12,641 nucleotides of DNA from Trueperaceae bacterium (GTDB lineage Bacteria; Deinococcota; Deinococci; Deinococcales; Trueperaceae), in contig JBBDRK010000008.1 of NCBI GenBank assembly GCA_040905465.1, forward strand, positions 1 to 12,641. Direction: 5' to 3'. A model generated the notes under the pieces. That model worked only from the letters and a program-made list of their open reading frames with translations, ran no database searches and was not told where the DNA came from. The position numbers and the translations under genes were made by a program. Below, in pieces: positions 6,965 to 12,641 of this stretch (position 1 is its first letter; every line of letters begins with the position of its first letter).

Positions 6965-7243
6965 GCTCCCGCCGTCGACTACCGAAGGAGCGCGTCCCTG
7001 GCAGGGCCCCCGTCGTTCTCTGCGTCCAGCACGGCTTTTCTCGAAAAGGTATACAGGTACAATGAAGCCGGCACGCCCCGCCGCCAGGCTCCATCAAGAG
7101 TCGGCGCTACCCGTTCCCAACAGCGCTTCGTGGCACCGCACGGGTGCCACCCCTCGGGAGTAGATCACGGGTTGGCGGTCAGGTGTCGTAACCTTGTTTA
7201 GTGGGTCTCGAAGTCGATCGGCACGAGGCCACGGAGGAGATTT

Positions 7244-7798
7244 ATGAGCAATGGCCAAGAGCCGGTGGCCGATAGCCCGACCACCCAGAACGGTCCGTCG
7301 AAGCGTCTGCTGTGGTTGATCGGAACGGTTGCCGCGGCACTGATCGTGGTGTTGGTGGTGCTGAACACGGTCGATCGCGGCCAGTTGCCCGGCCAGGAGT
7401 TCCCGAGCCAGGGCAATCAGCACATCGCCGACATCGGCGCCAGCCACCCCGATTACAACAGCGACCCGCCGACCTCCGGCTGGCACGTCGGCCGCCTCGC
7501 CCGCTGGGGCAGCTACGACTACGTCCTGCCCGACGAGTTACTGATCCACAACATGGAAGATGGTGGCGTGATCCTGTGGTACCCGTTCGGCACCGTTGAC
7601 GAGAACCGGAACCATATCGAACGGCTCGAGCAGGCAGCCCGCGGCTATCAGCGGGTGGTCATCGCCCCCCGCGACAACCTCTCGGACGAATTCGCCTTGA
7701 GCGCCTGGACGCGGCTCGAGCGTTTCCCGGTAGACGACTACGACGCCGAGCGTGTCCGCGCGTTCCTGGAGGCTTACGAAGGCATAGACCACCACTAG
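7244..7798 (+). CDS. DUF3105-like membrane-anchored protein
   Basis: GGAGGAG SD directly upstream. Single N-terminal TM helix 'LLWLIGTVAAALIVVLVVL', and motifs 'YNSDPPTSGWH', 'LIHNMEDGGVILWY' and 'ALSAW' that match my recollection of DUF3105. Confidence 0.85.
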   Translation: MSNGQEPVADSPTTQNGPSKRLLWLIGTVAAALIVVLVVLNTVDRGQLPGQEFPSQGNQHIADIGASHPDYNSDPPTSGWHVGRLARWGSYDYVLPDELLIHNMEDGGVILWYPFGTVDENRNHIERLEQAARGYQRVVIAPRDNLSDEFALSAWTRLERFPVDDYDAERVRAFLEAYEGIDHH

Positions 7799-7918
7799 CG
7801 TCGCGGAGAGGTTGCCGGCGCGTTCGATCGGGATGCCCGGTCGCTCTGCTCAGTCGCGCCGCCGAGACGACCTGTCCAGAGTCGCCCTGCCCAGTCGGAT
7901 TCCGCCCTAGGACCAGCG

Positions 7919-8461
7919 TCAGCGGGCCTCGCTGCCGGTCTGCAGGGCCAGGGCGACGAGCTCGGCGAGCTTCACCGGCGGCAGGTCTATGTCGAACACC
8001 AGGGCATCCGCCGGTTCCTCGAGCGCCTCGAACTGACTGTCCAGCAGCTCCGGCTTCATGTAGTGGCCGGAGCGCTCGCTCATCCGCCGCAAGATCAGCT
8101 CGCGCGAGCCCTTGAGATACACGAAGGAGACCCGCTCGCTGCCCTCAGCGAGGATCCGCCGATACTGCCGTTTGAGCGCCGAGCAGGCCAGCACCAACGA
8201 GCGACCGGCTGCGAGGTGCTCGTCGATCAGGGAACGGAGCGCGACCAGCCAGGGCATGCGATCCTCGTCGTCCAGAGGAATCCCGGCCGCCATCTTGAGT
8301 ATGTTCGCCTGCGGGTGATAGGTGTCGGCGTCGGCGAACTCCCAGCCGAGCCGCCGTGCGAGAAGACCGCCAACCGTGGACTTGCCGGAGCCGGAGACAC
8401 CCATGACCACCACTGCGCGCGCCACTCGGTCGATCCCCGGTGAATTTCGGTTCGTGTCCAT
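7919..8461 (-). CDS. gntK: Gluconokinase (GntK/IdnK family)
   Basis: P-loop 'VMGVSGSGKSTVG' and family motifs 'DADTYHPQANILKMAAGIPLDDEDRMPWL', 'LACSALKRQYR' and 'R.GHYM...LLDSQFEALEEP'. Confidence 0.95.
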   Translation of the reverse strand: MDTNRNSPGIDRVARAVVVMGVSGSGKSTVGGLLARRLGWEFADADTYHPQANILKMAAGIPLDDEDRMPWLVALRSLIDEHLAAGRSLVLACSALKRQYRRILAEGSERVSFVYLKGSRELILRRMSERSGHYMKPELLDSQFEALEEPADALVFDIDLPPVKLAELVALALQTGSEAR

Positions 8462-8536
8462 CGGTCTCCCGCCCTGTTGTACCAGAAGCCTCGGGCGCTG
8501 GCCGCCGGCCGGAGCCCGACTCGGCGCCCATCATCC

Positions 8537-8565
8537 TTGACATGAGTTCTTCACGCTCGTACAGT
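8537..8565 (+). promoter_or_regulatory. Sigma70-type promoter for the ABC transporter operon
   Basis: TTGACA (8537-8542), 17-nt spacer, TACAGT (8560-8565), 91 nt upstream of ATG 8657. Confidence 0.75.
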
Positions 8566-8656
8566 TGCGCTTGAGAGCAAAGTTTCAGGATGAGGATCGG
8601 CCGCTGGCCATATCGGCCTGCAGGCAGACCGACTCACCGGACAGATTGGGGCAAAT

Positions 8657-9949
8657 ATGCGTAGAGTCGTATCAGGTTTCGTTTTGGTTGCAGTGGTCGT
8701 GGCGACCGGTCTGGCCACCGCCCAGGAATTCGACTGGCAGAGGTTCCAAGGTGACGACGTTCGGTTCCTGATGAACCGCCACCCGTTCACCGACTTCCTC
8801 GAGCCGCTGGTGCCCGAATTCGAGGAGCTCACCGGGATCGACGTCACCCTCGAGATATTTCCGGAAGATCAGTTCCGCCAGCGTCGTTTGCTGGAAGTGA
8901 GCAGCGGCGCCGCTACTCTCGACGGGTACATGGTCATGCCGGGGCAGGTAGGGGCCCAGTATCTGGGGGCAGACTGGATCCGCCACGTCGATGACTTCGT
9001 TGAAGACCCGTCGCTCACCTCGCCGGAACTCGACCTCGAAGACTTCTTCGACGGCGCGCTCAGCACCTTCCAGAGCAACGATGGGCTGTTCGGCCTGCCA
9101 CTCCAGATCGAGTCGAGCCTGCTCTTCTACCGTGAAGACCTCTTCGAGGAAGCGGGCCTCGAGGGGCCGCCCGAGACTCTCGAAGAGCTGCGCCAGTACG
9201 CCGAAGCGCTCCACAGCGACCAGGTAGCGGGCTTCGCCATGCGTGGCCGTGGCGCCGCTGCCACCAGCCAGATCGTCAACCTGCTGTACTCCTTCGGCGG
9301 CCAGTGGCAAAACGACGACGGCAGCTCGGCATTGGCGAGCGAAGAGAGCCAGCAGTCGCTGTCTTACTACGCCGACTTGCTGCGCAACTACGGCCCGCCG
9401 GGACCAGCCAACCTCCATTGGAACGAGGTCATGAGCCTCTACGCGCAGGGCCAGGCCGCGATGGTATTCGACGCCAACGTGTTCCGCTCGATAGTCGAGG
9501 ATCCGGAACAGGCCACCGATGTGGTGCGCGAGAACACCCGATATGCTCCGTTGCCCGAGGGTCCGGGAGGCAGCCTGCCCGCGGTTCTGGTGTGGGGGCT
9601 GAGCGTCAATCAGGCGTCCGACAGCCCGGAGGCGGCCTGGTACTTCATCCAGTGGGCGCTGTCCAAGGAGAATCAGCGCCAGGCTCTGCTCTCCGGCGTG
9701 CCTGCCGCCCGCGAGTCGTCCTGGCAGGACGAGGAGTTCCAGGCGACCGCGCCGGAATCGTGGATTCAGGCCTCGCGAGAGTCGTTCAACCGCGGCCAGC
9801 CTGACTGGAATCCGCCGGTAGTGCCGGTCGCCGAGGTGCGCGATGCCTACGGCCAGGCGATAGTGGCCGCCCTCCAGGGTCAGGACATCGAGCGGGCGCT
9901 CGACCGGGCCGCCCAGGAGATCGACCGGATCGTTTCCCGCACGCAGTAA
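8657..9949 (+). CDS. Carbohydrate ABC transporter substrate-binding protein (CUT1 / SBP family 1)
   Basis: Cleavable signal peptide ending 'LATA-Q'. Motifs 'PEFEELTGIDVTLE', 'LFGLP...LLFYREDLFEEAGL..PPETLEEL', 'GQAAM' and 'WGLSV....PEAAWYFIQW'. Followed by two permeases. Confidence 0.94.
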   Translation: MRRVVSGFVLVAVVVATGLATAQEFDWQRFQGDDVRFLMNRHPFTDFLEPLVPEFEELTGIDVTLEIFPEDQFRQRRLLEVSSGAATLDGYMVMPGQVGAQYLGADWIRHVDDFVEDPSLTSPELDLEDFFDGALSTFQSNDGLFGLPLQIESSLLFYREDLFEEAGLEGPPETLEELRQYAEALHSDQVAGFAMRGRGAAATSQIVNLLYSFGGQWQNDDGSSALASEESQQSLSYYADLLRNYGPPGPANLHWNEVMSLYAQGQAAMVFDANVFRSIVEDPEQATDVVRENTRYAPLPEGPGGSLPAVLVWGLSVNQASDSPEAAWYFIQWALSKENQRQALLSGVPAARESSWQDEEFQATAPESWIQASRESFNRGQPDWNPPVVPVAEVRDAYGQAIVAALQGQDIERALDRAAQEIDRIVSRTQ

Positions 9950-9963
9950 CCGCGAGAGCGCAC

Positions 9964-10005
9964 GCAGGTCCCGCCGAGCCCCCGTCCGGGCGAGGCGGGG
10001 CCTGC
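9964..10005 (+). other. Intercistronic stem-loop between the binding-protein and permease genes
   Basis: GCAGGTCCCGCC (9964-9975) pairs with GGCGGGGCCTGC (9994-10005), 12 bp with one G-U pair, plus an inner GCCC/GGGC stem. No U-tract follows. Confidence 0.7.
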
Positions 10006-10009
10006 CTGC

Positions 10010-10912
10010 ATGCGGCTACCTGCCTCGCCCATAAAAATGTTGAAACGCTCCAGCGATTTCTTCGACCGAAACGCCCAGTGGTTGTTTCCGCTGCCGGCGG
10101 TGCTCGCCATCGTGGTCCTGATACTGGGTCCGGTACTGGCGAACTTCGCGATCTCCCTGCACGGCTGGTTCATCGGGCGCCCGCCGACCTACATCGGCCT
10201 GCAGAACTTCTCGGACGCCTTCACGGACCGGCGTTTCTGGAACGGTGTGCTCAACACCTTCTATTTCACGATGGTGGCGGTGCCCACGCAGCTGCTGCTC
10301 GGACTCGCCGTCGCGGTGCTGTTCAACCGGGAATTTCCCGGCAAGGGCTTCGTCCGAACGATCATCCTGCTGCCGATGGTGGCGACGCCGGTAGCGATCG
10401 CGCTCATCTGGGCTCTCATGTTCAATCCGAGCCTGGGAGTGCTCAACTATTTTCTCGAGAGTGTGGGGCTTCCCCGCTCGCTCTGGGTTGCCGACGCGAG
10501 CCTCGCCATCCCCGCCCTGGTGATGGTGGACGTGTGGCAGTGGACACCGATGGTTGCCCTTATCCTGCTGGCGGCACTCCAGGGGATTCCCGGGGAGTTC
10601 TATGAGGCGGCCCGAATAGACGGCGCCACCGGTTGGCAGGCCTTCCGCTTCATCACCCTTCCCACCATCCGCTCGGCGATAATCGTGGCGCTCATCTTGC
10701 GCAGCATCGATGCGCTCAAGACCTTCGACATAATCTACGTGATAACGAGTGGCGGTCCCGGCATCGCCTCCGAAACACTCAACGTCTTCGCCTTCAAGGC
10801 GGGCTTCGAATTCTTCCGGGCGGGCTACGCCGCTGCGCTGCTCATCTTCCTGATGTTCCTGGTGCTCGGTATCGCCATCTTGCTCAACCTGCTCAGGACC
10901 GGTCGGCGATGA
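10010..10912 (+). CDS. Carbohydrate ABC transporter permease (MalF/UgpA-like)
   Basis: 'YIGLQNF', 'RTIILLPM', 'DVWQWTPMVALILLAALQGIP', EAA motif 'YEAARIDGA...FRFITLP', 'FDIIYVITSGGPG', and multiple TM helices. Alternative start ATG 10037. Confidence 0.94.
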   Translation: MRLPASPIKMLKRSSDFFDRNAQWLFPLPAVLAIVVLILGPVLANFAISLHGWFIGRPPTYIGLQNFSDAFTDRRFWNGVLNTFYFTMVAVPTQLLLGLAVAVLFNREFPGKGFVRTIILLPMVATPVAIALIWALMFNPSLGVLNYFLESVGLPRSLWVADASLAIPALVMVDVWQWTPMVALILLAALQGIPGEFYEAARIDGATGWQAFRFITLPTIRSAIIVALILRSIDALKTFDIIYVITSGGPGIASETLNVFAFKAGFEFFRAGYAAALLIFLMFLVLGIAILLNLLRTGRR

Positions 10913-11742
10913 AATCCGATGCGGCCCGGCGCGCTCGCCGACTGCGCCAACTGGGCATCTACCTGCTCATGGCCATGGTGTTGGTGGTGATGCTCTTTCC
11001 GTTCTACTGGATGGTACTCACCAGTCTCCGAAGCCAGGTTGACAACACCAGCCCCGTGCCCGTGTGGCTGTTCGAGCCGACGCTGGAGAACTACCGCAAC
11101 GTCATCCGCGGCAACGACTTCCTGGAGTTCACCTGGAATTCGCTGGTAATCGCGGCGCTGTCGACCGGAATCGGCCTGGTGTTCGGCCTGCCGGCGGCCT
11201 ATTCGATCGCCCGCTTCAAGCAGAACGGACTGGCGCTGGCCATTCTGGTCGCCCGGCTCACCCCCTATATCACCTATCTGGTGCCGTGGTACCTGGCCTT
11301 CCGGGCGCTGGGCCTCATCGACACCTATCTGGCTCTCACGATGACCCACCTGATAGTCGGCATGCCTCTGATCATCTGGATCATGATCTCGTTCTTCGAG
11401 GACGTTCCGGTGGAGCTCGAGGAGGCGGCCTACGTCGACGGCGCCAGCCGGCTTGGAACTTTCTTCCGGGTCGTTCTGCCGCTCTCGGCGCCCGGCACGG
11501 TAGCGGCGGCTATCCTCGCCTTCATCTTCTCCTGGAATCAGTTCCTGTTCAGCCTCGTCCTCTCCGGTCCCAATACCAAGCCGGTTCCGGTGGCGGTTTT
11601 CAACTTCATCAGCTACGGCCAGATCGACTTCGGCGGCCTGGGCGCTGCAGCCGTGCTCATTACCTTGCCGGTGGTGCTGCTCACATTGATGATCCAGCGC
11701 TGGATCGTCAGCGGTCTGACCATGGGCGCGGTAAAGGGGTGA
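10909..11742 (+). CDS. Carbohydrate ABC transporter permease (MalG/UgpE-like)
   Basis: ATGA overlap with the upstream stop at 10909-10912. Motifs 'FPFYWMVLTSL', 'PTLENY', 'NSL', EAA motif 'ELEEAAYVDGA', 'FIFSWNQFLF' and 'QRWIVSGLTMGAVKG'. Confidence 0.94.
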   Translation: MKSDAARRARRLRQLGIYLLMAMVLVVMLFPFYWMVLTSLRSQVDNTSPVPVWLFEPTLENYRNVIRGNDFLEFTWNSLVIAALSTGIGLVFGLPAAYSIARFKQNGLALAILVARLTPYITYLVPWYLAFRALGLIDTYLALTMTHLIVGMPLIIWIMISFFEDVPVELEEAAYVDGASRLGTFFRVVLPLSAPGTVAAAILAFIFSWNQFLFSLVLSGPNTKPVPVAVFNFISYGQIDFGGLGAAAVLITLPVVLLTLMIQRWIVSGLTMGAVKG

Positions 11743-12602
11743 GCGTCACGGAAGCCGGCGAATCCCAGATCCTGCGCAAGCTGGCCGGCGTTCGTTCGGC
11801 CGTGGGCCCGGCCCGTCAGAAGGTCATCGACTACGTCCTTGCGCATCCCGACGATGTCATCTTCCTGTCGGTAACCGAGCTGGCTCAACAGGCCGACGTG
11901 AGCGAAGCCACCGTGGTGCGGTTGTTCCAGGATGTGCAGTACCGCGGCTACCAGGACTTCAAGATCAAGCTCTCCCGCGAGCTGGCCCCCGGAAGCCGAC
12001 AGCTCGATCACAACATCGACGAAGGCGACTCGCCCGGCAAGGTGCTCGGGTCGCTTGTCAACCTGTCGGTAGAGACGCTCCGCTCGACGATGCAGATAGT
12101 CGATGAATCGGCGCTGGAGCGGGTGGTCGAGATCCTGGCCGGGGCCAGGCGCATCGAGTTCCTGGGGATGGGTGGCTCGGGAGCAGTGGCCGCCGACGCC
12201 TACCACAAGTTTCTGCGCCTGGGCATCCCGGTCAACTCGGTCAGCGACGGACACGACGCTGCACAGGTGTGTTCGGTGCTGCAAGCGGGTGACGTCGCCC
12301 TGTTTGTGTCCCACTCGGGAACGACCAAGGACGTGCTGGAGGCGGCGCAGCTGGCTCGTGATGCAGGCGCCACGGTGGTGGCGATAACCCGCTACGGTCG
12401 GTCGCCGCTGGCGCGAATCGCCCACGTCACCCTCCACACCGTCTCGGCCGAAACCCGCTACCGCAGCGAGGCCATAAGTTCGCGCATCGCTCAACTGGTG
12501 CTGGTCGACACCCTGATGGTCTCGACCTACCTCGCGCGCCTGCCGGACTCGCAGGTGCTGCTCGGCAAGGCTCGCGAGGCGCTGGGAAGCAAGCGACTCT
12601 AG
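11739..12602 (+). CDS. RpiR/MurR-family transcriptional regulator (HTH_6 + SIS domain)
   Basis: GTGA overlap with the permease stop at 11739-11742. HTH 'LSVTELAQQADVSEATVVRL....YRGYQDFK', and SIS motifs 'FLGMGGSGAVA', 'FVSHSGTT', 'AIT....SPLA' and 'SSRIAQLVLVDTL'. Confidence 0.93.
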   Translation: MSVTEAGESQILRKLAGVRSAVGPARQKVIDYVLAHPDDVIFLSVTELAQQADVSEATVVRLFQDVQYRGYQDFKIKLSRELAPGSRQLDHNIDEGDSPGKVLGSLVNLSVETLRSTMQIVDESALERVVEILAGARRIEFLGMGGSGAVAADAYHKFLRLGIPVNSVSDGHDAAQVCSVLQAGDVALFVSHSGTTKDVLEAAQLARDAGATVVAITRYGRSPLARIAHVTLHTVSAETRYRSEAISSRIAQLVLVDTLMVSTYLARLPDSQVLLGKAREALGSKRL

Positions 12603-12641
12603 ACGATATGGATTGACGTAGGGGCCTCCGCTCGCATAGAC

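Noticed and set aside
7061..7163. 33-codon ORF (MKPARP...) in the DUF3105 upstream region
   Set aside because: Its ATG overlaps the putative -10 box, there is no convincing SD, and the composition is not gene-like.
10633..10908. N-terminal extension of the second permease ORF
   Set aside because: It overlaps the first permease out of frame. The ATGA overlap at 10909 gives a normal-length permease.
11064..11738. Apparent 225-aa N-terminal extension of the RpiR ORF (512 aa in the track), suggesting a fusion or overlap
   Set aside because: It is an out-of-frame read of the permease with R/P/G-rich junk composition. The real start fits the GTGA overlap at 11739.
11613..12494. 293-aa antisense ORF over RpiR, and similar antisense ORFs over the SBP (8672-9418) and SARP genes
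   Set aside because: Shadow ORFs of high-GC coding sequence with no domain signatures.
12600..12641. Possible 3' end of a convergent minus-strand gene, or a TTGACG -35 box, at the window edge
   Set aside because: Only about 40 bp are visible, which is too little to support a call.

Overview
High-GC (roughly 65-70%) bacterial window with ten supportable CDSs and no rRNA, tRNA, CRISPR or mobile element that I can recognise. A Deinococcota/Trueperaceae-like origin is my guess from protein style only. In order: (1) the 3' end of an error-prone DNA polymerase III alpha gene (dnaE2, +). (2) A minus-strand block of four genes: hypothetical protein -> 1081-aa SARP/BTAD-AAA ATPase-TPR regulator -> exported cupin -> BBE-like FAD-linked oxidase. 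Helically phased CGAACG direct repeats sit just upstream of a -10 box ahead of the cupin. (3) A divergent membrane-anchored DUF3105-like gene. (4) A gluconokinase gene divergent from a carbohydrate ABC operon (binding protein, two permeases, RpiR/MurR regulator, no ATPase) that has a near-consensus sigma70 promoter. The best candidate for an undescribed system is the STAND-like SARP activator with its predicted repeat operator and cupin/oxidase output genes. The second is a possible ABC-type aldonate/polyol uptake locus coupled to GntK.
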